From positions 296,939 through 360,938 of the forward strand of contig CDMY01000499.1 of assembly GCA_001179505.1 (NCBI GenBank): a stretch of 64,000 bases of DNA, read 5' to 3'. The notes beneath the pieces are model-generated. The model did not search any database, was not told where the DNA came from, and saw nothing but the letters and a program-made list of their open reading frames with translations. This document shows positions 50,456 through 63,567 of the stretch, in pieces; position 1 is the stretch's first letter, and the number at the start of each line of letters is the position of its first letter. This DNA comes from Vitrella brassicaformis CCMP3155. Taxonomy: Eukaryota > Protista > Chromerida. A program made the translations under genes and the position numbers.

Positions 50456-51368
50456 GTTGTGTGCAGATGAAGTATCGCTGTCCGGAGGGCACCGAGAAGT
50501 ACAACAAGCATCAGTGCGTCAAGAAGTTCCCCATCGATCACGCGTACTCGTGCGACCACGGCTACGAGCTCATCTACCGCGGCAAAGACGCCAAGTGCGT
50601 CAAGAAGGAGTACCTGCCATTCGAGTATAAGTGCGACAAGGGCGGCGACCTCCACGAGTACTACGACAGGCACGTGTGCAAGTACGAGGCCACCAAGCCG
50701 TACGAGACGAGGTGTGAGGACGGCTACGAATGGCATGAGGACGGCAAGGCAAAGTGCTTCAAGGTGAGACAGAGAGAGAGGCGGAGAGGCACACACACAC
50801 ACACACTCGTCTATCTGCTCATCCTCCTTGTGTGGGTGCATCTGTCGTCTCAGCACGTGTACGAGGCTCCCATCCCTGTGTGCCCCTCCAAGTACGACCT
50901 CCGTGGCTGGCGGTGCGTCCACAAGCGCACCTCTCCCCCGGCCTACAAGTGCCCCCACGACAAGGGACACTACGAGCCGCAGAACGGCAAAGAGGTCTGC
51001 CACGCCGTCCACACGAGGCCGCTGCTGCCCGAGTGCCCCGAGCCGTACCGCTACAACGACAAGAGGGACATCTGCGTCAACCGCAAGAAGCAGCCGGCCG
51101 AGAAGGTGTGCCCCGACGGCTACAGGCCCGCCAAGAAGCGCTTCTGGCAGTACTTCATCGACTCTGAGGACAAGAAGTGCGTCAAGGTCGAGAGGAAGCC
51201 CGTCCAGCACTACTGCCCTGACGTGAGTGGGCGCAGAACAAACACCTTGACGCGTGACCACTGGTGTGTGTGTGTGTCTTGCAGGGTGCTTATAACCGCA
51301 ATGGCGTGTGCATCATCAGGGACGTGCTGCCCGCCAAGGGGGGCAACCTCAAGAAGCCGTACAACTGA
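48866..51368 (+). CDS. Secreted Cys/His-rich repeat protein of oocyst-wall-protein (COWP/OWP) type with an internal PAN/Apple-like module
   Basis: Signal MSSVSAAIVCLLVALTPLALA, then many C-P-x-G/D-Y-x(6-12)-C units (CPDDY, CPDGY, CPHDY, CPEGT, CDHGY, CEDGY, CPSKY, CPEPY). TGA at 51366-51368. Confidence 0.82.
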
Positions 51369-53213
51369 GGTTCCTGGCTGGCTGAAAAGGCTGGCGACCG
51401 ACCGAGGCGATGTCTGTGCTGCGGTGAGCTGCGCTGAGCTGGGCCGTGTGGCGACTGCTTGAATGAATGGCCCTGTGCCTGCCTGTGGTGCGTGTCTGTC
51501 ATGAGTCTACACACATGTGGCCGTCCGGTCAGTCATCTCAATCCATCAGTCAGTCTGTGTGGTGGTGTGTCTGTGGTCTCTCTGTCGATGCATTCTTTAT
51601 AAAGGTGGCAGACAGACAGAGGGGCTGGGCTGGTGTGCCCTCCATCGGTAGGCAGGCAGACCTTGTGTGCGTGTGAGCATTGTTTTTGCAATCAGTGAGT
51701 GAGTGAGCATGGCATAAAGTCACTTAGTAGGGCGAGGGGGGGTGAGTGGGTGATAATGGATGGCATCTCTTGTGAGTACCTCTCTTTTCGTGTATTTGGC
51801 TGGCTCTCTAGCTGGCGATCCTGTCGATACATACCCACTACACACGCATCTGTCTGTCTGTCTGACTGTGTCGTGTGTGGGTTTCGCAACGGCGAGCGAA
51901 AACCAGAAGGCCTGAGTGACGACCAGAGGCACGCACAGTGCCCGGAATTTTGAGTGGTGCCTGCCTGCGGGCCTCTGGTTGTCTTCATGAGCCCCGCCGC
52001 CTCTCTCTGGTCCATTTGTCTGTCTCCACATTGCTTGCGTCATGCCCTATGGATGGTGCATTTGTCAGTTATCGAATTGCATGGGGGATGGGGGAGGGAG
52101 GGGCTGGGAGTGTGTGCATCCATCGCACTCACTCACTGCTTTAGTGAGGGACACGTACGTCCCACACACACCGACGCACAGCACATAGGGTGTCCCGCTA
52201 TAGCTAATGTCGTTTACATGGAGTGAGTGTACCTGTCGTATCGTATCGTATCGGACTGCACACGATTTATGTTACACCCCCGCACACATGGAGGGGAGGG
52301 GATGGAAGGGGAAAGAGACGTGCGTGTGTGCGGGCTGATTCCTTTTGTGATGAATGAGAGGGCTGGGGTGGGATGCGATATATGCGATGGGATGGATGAA
52401 CAGCAATCTGGGACGCTCGAGTGGACTGACTGATCGATCACGAATGACATTGTTTGCCATGAATCAATGAATCACTCAACACGGAATGACGCAATGCGGT
52501 GAAGACTCACCTTACGTCCTCTTCCTCTCTTCCCTCTCTGTCTTCTTTTCTGAGGATCTAGCCTTCCATGGATGGAGAAGCTGACGAATCATGAGTCGCC
52601 TGTGAATGAAGCAGATCAGCGAAAAAAAAAATCAACGGCACATGGAGACGGCACAGACAGGGCCGATCGTGCCGCCAGATGAACGATGCATGTGGAGAGG
52701 TACGCAGAGATTTTTGGCTGGCAAGCTGTTGGCTGAGGGCTGCAGACCGTGTGTGTGTGGATTTCTGGCACGGATGCGTTCGTTCATGTCATTCTTTCGA
52801 TGGTCCTTATTTGCGTCTCCAGCGTCGCATCGACTAAGGCAAGACAGAGCAACCGCACCACGCACTGACAAGAAACCAGCCATCCATCCCACATGCCAAC
52901 CGCCAAACCGCCGCTGCAGGCATTGCATTCCATGGACTAAATCAACCACATCACATCACATCGATCACATGACGCACAAACACGACACAAAGGGCTGGCT
53001 GCATGGACAGAAAATGCCCCCCATGCAGTGTCTCGCTGACACATTGCACATGCATATCTCTTTCAGACAGACAGACAGACAGAAAATGGCCATTAAGGAG
53101 AAACCATTGACCATCGATTGTATTGACACCAGGGAACTCTCTTTCTCTCTCTCTCCAGCGATATGCAGTCGTCATGCAACAGCAACTAAGTCATCCAAGC
53201 GGCAGCCCTCATT

Positions 53214-56200
53214 TCACATTCTCTCGGCCAGTGTCTGCAGAATCTTCTGGAGCTCACCCATCTGGCTCTCCAGCATCCCCACAGAGGCCGCCAAGGACCT
53301 CAACTAATGACCGAGCGAATGGTACACAGGCCACACAACACATGACAACACATCACACCAAGACCGCTTTGCATTGCAGCGTGCCGCTCACCTGAATGAC
53401 GACCATGAGCAAGATGACGACCATCACCACCTGCATGGCCGTCTGCACGCCGCCCGCCCCTGCCTCACTGTCACCCGCCCCCCTGTGTGTGGGCGTGTCG
53501 GCTGTGGTCCACGGGATCGCCGTCGCCACCGCACCTTCCGTCTGCCTCTTGTCTGCTGCGGCGGCCGTCATAGTGGCACTGAGGTCCGGGGGGTGAGGCC
53601 TCGGTGGATGGTGATGGTCCTTGCGGTGGCCAAAGGCACTGATGAAATCCTCCAGCTGCAGGCAGCAAAGTCGGCGAGTGAGAGTTTCGTCTGTCTGTCG
53701 TGTGTGTCGTTGGGCTCTGGCGCGGCGTACCTCTGCCTCGTTCCATCCGTACTGTGAGGTGCCAGTGAGTGTATCGGGGTGGTCTCGGGGCCGCTGACGC
53801 CGGCGGCAGAGGCAGCACAGGAACCACCCCAGGAAGCGGACTAGCAGCCACACCAAGGACAGGTACCCTGGCAGTCTGCCGGTGGGGGCGGCGGGCTTGG
53901 CGGTTGATGGCAGCAGGTGGGCGCGCTCGTCCACCGCCTCGAGGCCATGCAGACAGGGGGCACCGCCAGACACACGCCTGACGGACAGATGCAATTAAGA
54001 CAAGACAAGACACATCACATACCATACACACAGGGGCTCGGTGGCTAAGTAAGTTAAGTGGGCGAGAGGCCTCCCCTCCCTGTGTGTGCAGCCCAGGACT
54101 GTCTGTCTGTCTGTCTGTCTGTATGCGTGTGATGCGTGTGTGTATGGTGGCTGACTTTTGTTCCTTCTTGATGTGTTTGATGGCCGCCTGCAGCCAACAC
54201 TCCGCACCGCGGCGGGTGTCCTCCCGGCTCCTACACACCACACACACAGCAAAGAATGGTGCACAGCACAGCACACGCAATGAGGCGTCTTCCCCTCCCC
54301 CCTGCCCTGCCCTGCCTCTCCTTCTCACTTCTTGACGATCATGGATGCGAAAATGGTCTTCTTGAGAAACACCACCCCCACCTCCACAACCAACACACAC
54401 CCCTCAGTAGTGGCGCCGCCATTGTCACCACCACCACCACCACCGCCGTTGCCACTCTCTCTGCCGCCATTCTCACCACCATTGGGTGGCGGGCTGCTGT
54501 GCGAGGGGTGCGAGGACCCGCCGCCCAGAGAGGAGGTGGAGGGGAAGGGCATCAGGGGGGGCGGCGGGGGCATCCTCCGGTGGTCGATTGGCTTCCCCGT
54601 CCCGTCGCCATTCTCTTCGCCGCCCCAGCCCTTGAGCATGTTGGGGTCGCTGGCGGATGGGTGGATGGTCGGCAGTGCGGCGTGGGGGTGCTCATCTGGG
54701 TCTGGTTGTTGGGGAGGCTCCGAGTGGCCATCGTCCTCTGCTCCTGCTTCTGCCGCCGCCGTGTCTCTCTCCGTCTCCCTCTCGTCGGCGTATGACGCGC
54801 TTCGGCCGTCCTTGCCCTTGCCAATGTCACCAGCAGACACCTCTCCCACCACGTAGAAAGGCGACACCGACCGGTTGAGCGGCACATGGCTGACACGGCT
54901 GGGCGATGACACACCCCGCTTGACACCGCCGACGCCACAGAAATCCCCGCCACCGTCCATTTCGGTGTTGCTCGTCGTCGTCGGCTCATCTCCCGTCTCG
55001 CTTGACGAGGGCGGCAGCGGCTCGGCCGCCGCGAGATCTGTCGCACGATCGTGGCCGTCCTCTTGTGGCTGTGACTGTGAGGGTGGGGGGCCAGGGGAGG
55101 AGGTCTCGGATGACTCGTTGGGGTCGCTGCCGGTGGGGAGCTGGAGGACCATGGATGTGGCTGCTGGGGCGGTGGATGGTCTGCGGAGGGTGACGGCGTG
55201 GGTGCTGACGTGTGGCTGGTGGATCTTCCACCGCTGGACGACCTCGAATGCGTCGCCGTAGGGCACGTCCTTGGCACGAGTCACGATCTCCAAACACAGC
55301 CACTCCCTGAGGGATACATCCATCCATCGTTGTGTCTCTGTTGCCCCTCTTGTCAGTCAGTCGGTGACTCGACTCACTTTTGGTGCGATTCTGTGTTGGT
55401 GTGAGCGGCGAGCTCGTGCGTCTGCTCCACTCGCGTGATGGTGGGACCCAGCGGGGTGTCCACCTGCAACCAACAACAGACACCCCACACACACCCACAC
55501 ACCCACTTTCCCAGGCACCGCATAGACGAGACAAATGCATGTGCACGGCCAATACTCACCTGCTGCTTGAAGTACATAGTCCGCAATCCTCTGTCATCCC
55601 AGTCCCTGACAGACACAGACACACGAGAGTGCACCCACCCACCCAGCACCTTTCCTCTCTGACTCACGTGAGTTTGATGGACCCAGCATTGCTGTGTCTC
55701 TTATAGTAGGTGGCGAAGTCGAAGGACGCCCCCCCGCCGAGAAAGCTCCGCTCAAACCCCTCCACACTCACCGGCACCCACCCCCGCATCACCTCAACCA
55801 TCTCAACCTCCCTCTCCCCATCCCTCTGTCTCTCATGCCGGCTGGCCATGACGTCGCCATCACTCACCACTCGCTTCGGCTCGTCCACCAGGTGCTGCTG
55901 GTGCTGCTGCTGCTGCTGGTTGTGGTCTCCTGCGGCTGCTGTGTCGGTCTTGTCTTTGTTTTGTGTGTGTGTGTGGTCATTGCGTGAGAGTGAGAGTGTG
56001 TGTGGCTGCTTGGGCATGAGGTGGTCTGCGGGCGAGAGCTGGGGCTCTGCGGAGGTGGTGGGGTCCGTGTCGGCGTGGGTGGGGCTGGGGGGGACCTGCA
56101 CACACAACAGACAGACAGACAGACAGAGAGATGGAGGGATGGAGGGATGGAGGGGTGGATCGGCGCAAGAGCACTCACTCACGGCACCCACCTGTACATT

Positions 56201-57016
56201 GAGTGGTTTATCGTCGTCCTGCTCGTCTGTCGGGTTCTCGTCATCAATCACAGCGTGCGGACACTGACTGCACACACACACACGAACAGAAAGAGAGAGT
56301 GAAACAAAGAGAGCAGAATGACGACCATCCATCCATCCATCGATCTCCCTGCCACCTCCCCTCGTCTCCCTCCCTCACCTTTTCCAGAGCACAGTGAGCA
56401 GCTCATAGGCATCCTGCAGCCTGCCCTGCTTGAACGACTTAAAGGTCAACTCGCGGGGCGTCCTGAACGACACCGAGGCGGTCTTGCTGGGGGCCAGCTG
56501 CCGCCCGCCCGAGGGCTCGGCCACCACCACCACCGAGAGGAACTTGTTGTGCCGCAGGAAGCGGCCCTTCTTGCGGCGGATGATGCGGATCTCCTCAAAC
56601 AGGATCTTCTCGCGCAACTCGATGCCTGTTTGCAAGGCAGACACACACACAGACACACACACACACACACACAGAGAGAGAGAGGTGCGTGTGCTCGGCG
56701 GATGGGTGTGAGTGGATGGTTGTGATGGGCACTTTAGGGACCTTCCTGTCTGCCGTAGAAGAGTAGGTGTGTGGATGTGCAGAAGAGGGTGCCTCGGATG
56801 GTGGCATTGCCGTTGACCGATGCGCCGCACTCAAAGTCTGCACAACACCACACGACACACAACGGACAGGGACCACCGTGGTGTGTGTTGACGGCTCACC
56901 GCCTTCCCTCCCCTCCCCCTCTGATCTGACTGACCGTCGTAGACATCTTCAGTGGCAGGAAGCCCAAAGTCCCGCAGCACCAGCTCCTTCAAACGCTGCC
57001 CATTCATCACGTCCAT
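53214..57016 (-). CDS. GRAM + VASt (StART-like) domain lipid-transfer protein with C-terminal TM helix and coiled coil (Aster/Lam/VAD1-like)
   Basis: FGLPATEDVYD|DFECGA...IRGTLFCTSTHLLFY (GRAM); EIVTRAKDVPYGDAFEVVQRWKI...CVLVVEVGVVFLKKTIF (VASt); MQVVMVVILLMVVIQ (TM); LRSLAASVGMLESQMGELQKILQTLAERM*. Confidence 0.85.
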
Positions 57017-57274
57017 CCTCACTTAGTTACCCACCAATAGAACGCACACCCGACAGGGAGGGAGCCCGGTGAGAGATGACTGTTGTGAGTCAGTCAACAT
57101 CTTCCACCCGCTGTCAAGCGAGATCAATGCTTCTTCTGGGATCTCCGGTGCTGCTGAACAGCTTCCTCTCAGCCCTCCGCCTCCTTGGTCAGGAAAATTG
57201 CGAGCTACACTGCAAGCTGAGATTGCAGACTGCCTCCTTCTTTTCGCCAGCTTGAAGAACAGGCACAAGCAGCA

Positions 57275-57932
57275 TTGCTCAGCAGACGCCTCACCATTCG
57301 AGCTCTTCAATTGCGGGCCATTTGTGGCCTTCACACACCGCAGCTGCCGATTTATCGCTTGATTTATCGAACCATGGTGTCTATGGACGCTTCGGGGGAA
57401 GGGCACAGCTCGGCCAGCGCACCACCAGCAGGCCCTTCACCATCACCATCGTCAGCAGCAGCTGATTCCACACCATTGTTCATCGACGGCCGGAGGGTGC
57501 CGCGGAGGAAGCCAGAGCCGCCCGAGAAGCCTGATCCCGATGACTGCTGCGGCTCGGGGTGCTCGCCTTGCATATTCGGTACGGAAAATGATGAAGAAAT
57601 GACACACACGCTCACAGGCATCCCTCTGAATCTTCCTTTGCTTTGACCAACCGTGGTCATGGTCAGACATCTACTACACCGAGCTGGAGGACTACGAGAA
57701 GGACCTGGCTGTGTGGGAAGAGGCGGAGCGGCGGAGGCGAGAAGCTGACAGCAGAAATTACACCGACAAGGACGCTCCTGCGGCGAACGTGGCTGCGCAT
57801 GAGGAGGGGACGCCTGGTGGTAGTGGTAGTGTTGGCGTCGGTATTGTTGAGACCAAGACCGGCCTCCTGGCTGCCAATGCAGCAAATGCAGCAAGGGCGA
57901 AGGAAGGGGCAGGGGGATGGCCCAGCTGGTGA
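57275..57932 (+). CDS. OXLD1: Oxidoreductase-like domain protein (OXLD1-like); first ATG at 57374, in-frame TTG at 57275
   Basis: KPEPPEKPDPDDCCGSGCSPCIF|DIYYTELEDYE matches the Oxidored-like CCGSGC..C..D.Y motif. One intron; TGA at 57930-57932. Confidence 0.85.
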
Positions 57933-58436
57933 GGCTGACTGCATTGCATGTGGATCTGTTTCTGTCACCTGACCTGCGCGGCGTTGACGGATTTTCCAAC
58001 GCTCCTGCAGCGAGAGGGAATGCGTGTGAGGGGCGGTGTGTATAGCTCAGCTGGGTGTGGTCTATGGGGCTCGTGCGCGTGTTTGTGTGGTATCGGCTCC
58101 TCTGCCAAGCAGACAAGATTTGACTGACATTTGGATGGATGAATGAATGCGACCATTCAGATCGAATGATGACGTCCGCCTCCAACACAACAACACAGAG
58201 CATGAACAAGCAGCGGGGAGTGGAGTGGGGGAGTGAATCCATGCCATCCGCACACACACCCACACACACACACAGTACACGAGAGGTGCTTTCACCTCAC
58301 AATGACTCGATAAAAGAAAAGATGACATCTATGACTGGCTGTTCTACAGGGATGTATCATTTGTGCATCGCTGCACGGCACTTGCGACACTCGACAACAC
58401 ATGCCCTTTGTGCTATCCCATCCACCCACTGTTCAG

Positions 58437-59199
58437 TCAGTATGGCTGTGGTCTTGTGTAGTGGAAGCCGAGGAACGTGCCGCCCACAATGCCCACCGTC
58501 AGGGCCAATCTGACGCAACAAACACATACACACACACATGGCACTGCTCTATAGTCGTGTGCTGTTGCCTACCCTTCTGCCGTGACTGAGAGAGTGCTGC
58601 AGTTGGGCCTCTTGAACAAGTCCCTGCCCACTCTGCGCCAGTCGATGGTCAGCCACCTCAGCAGCACAAACACCTCGGTCATTAAGACGTTGATGCCAAG
58701 GAAGGCGGCCACGATGCGGCCCACTCGGCGCATGGTGTGGCCAAAGAAGATCCCAAAACACGAACCCAGACAAAACTTGATGACCTGCAGTGCATGACAC
58801 CGTCCATCGTGGGTCGACACATCGGCATGCCTTTCTCTCTCCTTTGCTTGCGTGTGGCTGCCCGACCATTGTTTGCGGCACAGAGAGCGCCGTGCTGTCC
58901 GTCGCAGTCCCGAACGGCTCCTGCCCAGGCGCAGCTGCCGGGGCGTTGACAGGGGGCAGGGACGAGACGGGCACCGGTGAGGGCGCTTCAGAAACAGCCG
59001 CCGCCGTATTGTCACATCCTAACACACATCTCACGCACGAACAACGGCACACATATACGACCGGATGGATCAATGGAATGGATCTTGCTGCACACTTGCA
59101 GTTTGTCTGCACTGCTTGGCCGCCAGGTATACGGCGCCTCCTGCTGCTGCCCCTGCGGCCACCGCTGCGCCCTTGCTGATGAGTTGAGGCGAAATCCAT
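58437..59199 (-). CDS. FUN14-family mitochondrial outer-membrane protein
   Basis: LGSCFGIFFGHTMRRVGRIVAAFLG...LRWLTIDWRRVGRD and a final exon LALTVGIVGGTFLGFHY.. match the FUN14 pattern. Confidence 0.75.
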
Positions 59200-59498
59200 G
59201 ACGAGTATGAGTAAGATGGGATGAAGATCCGATGCGCCAGCCTGCCGCCGATGCCTCTCGTGAAGACGATGCTCATTGTTCTGTTCTTCTGGGAGGCAGC
59301 ACGTCTTTCATCTGCCAGGGGCGGCAGCGGTCTCGAGGTCGGTCGGTCGGTTAGGGGTTTGACGAGACACCTGTCCCTAAGCCCGGCGCTACCTTCCGGC
59401 ACAAACCCAGGCAACAAGCACACACCAAACATGCAACAAGCACACGCAGAATGCATGCACAAGGCCTATCTGCCCTTCCCATGGAACCCATGTAGCTG

Positions 59499-61390
59499 CT
59501 AGTCTGACAAGTTGGCGTCAAGCACCCACTGCTCCATCTCATGCAACTCATATATCAAATCATACTCACCATCAAACTGACTGGGTGGGAGAGATGGATT
59601 GAGTGCAAGCCAACGAGCACGCTCCTTCTGTGCAGCTAGGAGAAAGTCTGCAACTGCTGAGAGCAGCGGCAGCTTATCTGACTGCAACAGAGAGGTAGTG
59701 AAAACTATAGGATGAGCCTTGCCCCATCGCTTGTAGTTGCATGCATCAGGGGCAGTAATACCGTACTTACGAATGGTTGTAAAAGTGATTGACGCAATGT
59801 AGAATACAGAGGACACGAGACAAGTACGTGTGTCTCATCCTCTACGGGAGGACGAGACACAATATGACCACCTACATCACGTACCGAAACTAACAGATCA
59901 TTACGATGCGAGCAGAAAGCACATGATCTATATTCTCGCGGACAGTCGATCAAGCGGCCATCCATGAGAGCAGACGGATGACAACCGGTACGAAAGAGAA
60001 AAAGCACACGAGGAGGACCTTAGCTGCGAGCTTAGCTGCGAGGCTCAATTGGCGAGGCTTTCTGCTTGTTGTTCGTCCGCAGCTCTCAATCAACATGCAC
60101 GAACTGACTGACTGACACGTCCAATACACATACTTCCTCCCTATCTGCGGACACTGCCAATGCGCCACGAGTGTATGTGAATGCGATGGATCGAAGAGGA
60201 TGGCGGCGAGCTTTGGCGGAGCTCGCGGTGGGTGAACGGCAGCGCGTCAACTTGCATTATGTCTTCCCCNNNNNNNNNNNNNNNNNNNNNNNNNNNNNNN
60301 NNNNNNNNNNNNNNNNNNNNNNNNNNNNNNNNNNNNNNNNNNNNNNNNNNNNNNNNNNNNNNNNNNNNNNNNNNNNNNNNNNNNNNNNNNNNNNNNNNNN
60401 NNNNNNNNNNNNNNNNNNNNNNNNNNNNNNNNNNNNNNNNNNNNNNNNNNNNNNNNNNNNNNNNNNNNNNNNNNNNNNNNNNNNNNNNNNNNNNNNNNNN
60501 NNNNNNNNNNNNNNNNNNNNNNNNNNNNNNNNNNNNNNNNNNNNNNNNNNNNNNNNNNNNNNNNNNNNNTTTTTCCCCCCCCCCCCCCCCCTGATTTTCA
60601 CTGCGTGTTACGCATTGACTCACACATGACTGTTTGTCTGATGGATACACACGAAAGCTTACGTTTCTCTTTCGCTACGTGTCTCTATTGCCAACCGGCA
60701 TGTACCTTTACGTGCACACGATGAGGTACTCTCTGGACATCTTCCGGCGTATTTTGACGGGCGACTGAGCATATATCCACAAGTTTCTCGAGCCACAAAT
60801 CCCCACACAAGACAACAACGGTGACTTCAACACCTTGAACCAGACAAGAAAGTCTCATTCGCTTTAATTCGCTTGTGCCAAGACGCCCCCATAACGCCCC
60901 CGCATCATGACAGCGCGCAGTCTCCCTTTGCAAAGCTCATACCAATGCCTGCCGTCCTACCGAAATGCGCTCGTCTTCCTATGCATCATCGTCTGCCTCG
61001 AATACCTACACGTCTGCCCTTTAATGCCCCCCCCCATTAAAGGGCATTGCATTGCTCCTCTCGTCGAAGCCTTTGTAATTGCAGCCTTCCTGTTCCTCAG
61101 CGGTCGCCGCATGCACTCAGCAAACAGAACGATAAACTTGGAGCAAAGCCAGTTTCCGTGCACCATACGTGAATTCCTCCGAAATCTCTACCGTCTCCTC
61201 TTGTCCAGCCCTTCTAAAATACGTACTCAACCTCACTCTACCTCAAGGCGAGTGAAAATCACTCTCGAAAAATATGTGGATATTTGTTGCCCGGAAATTT
61301 CGTATGCTCTCCGTCTGGCCGATCGCCTCCCATTACTCGGGGGCCCCTCCCCCCTCGTAACAGTTCGACGACACGCATTCGCGTGGGGTC
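59499..61390 (-). mobile_element. Decayed non-LTR retrotransposon (LINE): RT remnant and C-terminal zinc-knuckle region, interrupted by an N gap
   Basis: FRTGCHPSALMDGR...REYRSCAFC and PPVEDETHVLVSCPLYSTLRQ are typical LINE ORF2 C-terminal motifs. Upstream IVLFAECM/ATAEEQ resembles LLFADDL.A.T.EEL, and GALWGRL..VVVLCGDLW resembles the thumb region. Many stops and frameshifts; no introns. Confidence 0.72.
60270..60569. other. Assembly gap (300 N)
   Basis: Run of N next to C tracts. Confidence 1.
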
Positions 61391-61404
61391 CCATCGATAT
61401 GACA

Positions 61405-63019
61405 TCATGACGTACGCGCTTGGTATCTGAGGCTGCCAGTGTCGGGCGACAGCCCACGAGCGAGGTTGCCTGACACACAGACGAAGGAAGACACACACGG
61501 TAAGCGATGGATGCCTGGCTCTCTGTGTGCACTGCGGTGCGGTGCGGTGCGGTGCGTGCCGTCCCCCGCCCCCACACACAGCTCACTTGCTCTTCTGGTA
61601 GCATCGCCCATGACCCCGACTCTCATGCCGCTGTTCGGCGAGCCACGAGGACCAAACCCTGCGGCACCCCCGCGCTGCAAAGCACTGTTCCAACACACAC
61701 AGACAGGACGGACGACACACACACGTGGTAATGCATACGCCCGAGTGTAGGTGTGTGCGCATACCGTCTCAGGTCCTCTTGCTCAATTTCGTAGAATTCG
61801 ATCAGCTCTGGATGTTCATCCGTTGCAGGACCCTACACACACACACACACACACACAACACACACGCGCGCGCGTAGGGCCGTATCAATCCGTATGTTTC
61901 GTGCATACTTTGAAGACGGCGATGGGCCTTTCCAGGTCGTTGGCTGCAAAGAGGTTGGCGCCCTCGGCTATCAACACCAGCCTGCACATCACGGCATCGG
62001 TTCGATTACATATGCACATGCAGCTGTGTGAATGTGGTTGTGGCGTACCTCACCTGTCCCCGCCGACGAAATCGACCTGCACCACAGGCTTGCCGTCCGT
62101 ATCATTCGTGAAACGCCTTGTACAGGCACACATGACCACATGCACACCAAGTTCAGGTATAGGTGTGTTTTGTGTGTGAGTGCGTCGCGCCCCACCTGAT
62201 GCTCTGGACGCGGTACACATTCTCCTGAGTGCGATTGTTCCCCTCCTCATCTATCGGATACGTCCAACGGAGGTATATCGTCTCTATCTGCAGACAGACA
62301 TATACACACACGCGCACATGCCTGCCTGATTGGATACACATTCTACACATGTGCGCTACACCTTATCAAATGCGGTGAGGTTGGCGTCAAGGAGGCCAAA
62401 GATGCCGGTAGTGTCCAGGTAGTCGGCCGTCTTGACCACTCGCTGGTTGTCGCCTCGCAAGACGCCCCGCTGCACACACACACACACACACACACATACA
62501 CACATACATTGACATGTACATGCATTGACATGTACATGCATTGACAGGCCTCGATCCGCATCACCTTGTCTGTCTGAACATTTATTTCGTCGTCGATGAC
62601 CTGCTGGATACGAGCATACAGATCTACACACGCAGCGGCAGCGGCAGAAGAATGACTATCCGCGCACAGTCATGAATGCACACACACACACACACACACC
62701 TGTGACGTTGACCTCGGCCAAATCGCCCTCAACTTGCAGGCGGCGGAGACTGTCACGTCCGACCTGCTCAGACACAGACACGCAGCCCACGTCCTTCATC
62801 GAGATCTCTCTGAGATCTCTCACCCGCTTCCCCTCCCCACCTGTGCGTTGATGCTTCGGTCCAGCTTTACCAGCAGGAACACCACCAGCAATGCTGACGT
62901 GTGCCACACAACATGTGTACAAGCGAATGCAGGATCTGACGGATGAGGACATGCAATGCATCCCGTCAACTTCCGGACGTACCGGTGGGCACCAAGACAA
63001 AGATAGTGCTGCGGTCCAT
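61405..63019 (-). CDS. Hypothetical secreted or signal-anchored protein, about 11 short exons
   Basis: A consistent GT-AG chain gives MDRSTIFVLVPT|ALLVVFLLVKLDRSINAQ|VGRDSLRRLQVEGDLAEVNVT|DLYARIQQVIDDE..|RGVLRGDNQRVVKTADYLDTTGIFG..|IETIYLRWTYP..|RFTNDTDGKPVVQVDF..|LVLIAEGANLF..YQARTS*. No family recognised. Confidence 0.65.
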
Positions 63020-63144
63020 CGTCGCTGTGTGTGGCTGGGCAGGCTTCTTCTTTTTCTCCTTCTTCACCTGTTCGTGAGAGATGGCAGGATTGCCAGCTTG
63101 GCAAGACGAACCACTGCGAGCTTGTGAGCTAGGGTATATTGCTG

Positions 63145-63567
63145 TGTAACGGGTGGAGAGAGGAGAAGACAAGGAAAGACAAGGAAAGCATTCTGAGGAG
63201 ACACGATCTTATCAGCCATCACCGAAGTGAGATCTGTGTTGACCACCCTTCATGATGCCATACATGGACAGAAACAACTTTGACTGACTGGTCAATCCAT
63301 CGGTCTTACTAAAGTAAAAACACTCTTACTGGGACTTACCGCCCAGCAGATCCTCTATTCAGCTAACTACAGGAAAGGTCCTCACCGGCCTTTTTCGCAC
63401 ATGGGCGCAGCAACTTGGTTCTTGCTTATCTGAGCCGAAGTCTTCGCCAGCTAACTGACAGATCCTAACAGGTCTATCAGTGTCTTGCGCAGTATCAGCA
63501 GCAGTCAACTACTAGCAGTACTTGAAGAAAGACAACAACAACAACATCAACAAAGCAGACAGCAGAG
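63145..63567 (+). mobile_element. Candidate 5' LTR and leader of the copia-like element (boundaries uncertain)
   Basis: Abrupt switch to AT-richer sequence without microsatellites, starting near TGTAAC at 63145, directly upstream of the gag ORF. No canonical tRNA PBS could be identified. Confidence 0.4.

Noticed and set aside
62500-62545. Short tandem repeat (CATTGACATGTACATG) that might be a CRISPR-like or regulatory array
   Set aside because: Only about 2.5 copies with no spacers, inside an intron; an ordinary minisatellite.
63325-63480. Candidate primer-binding sites (TGGGACTTACCG; CTAACA-GGTCTATCAG)
   Set aside because: Neither matches a tRNA 3' end that I can verify without the tRNA set, so the LTR end is left undefined.
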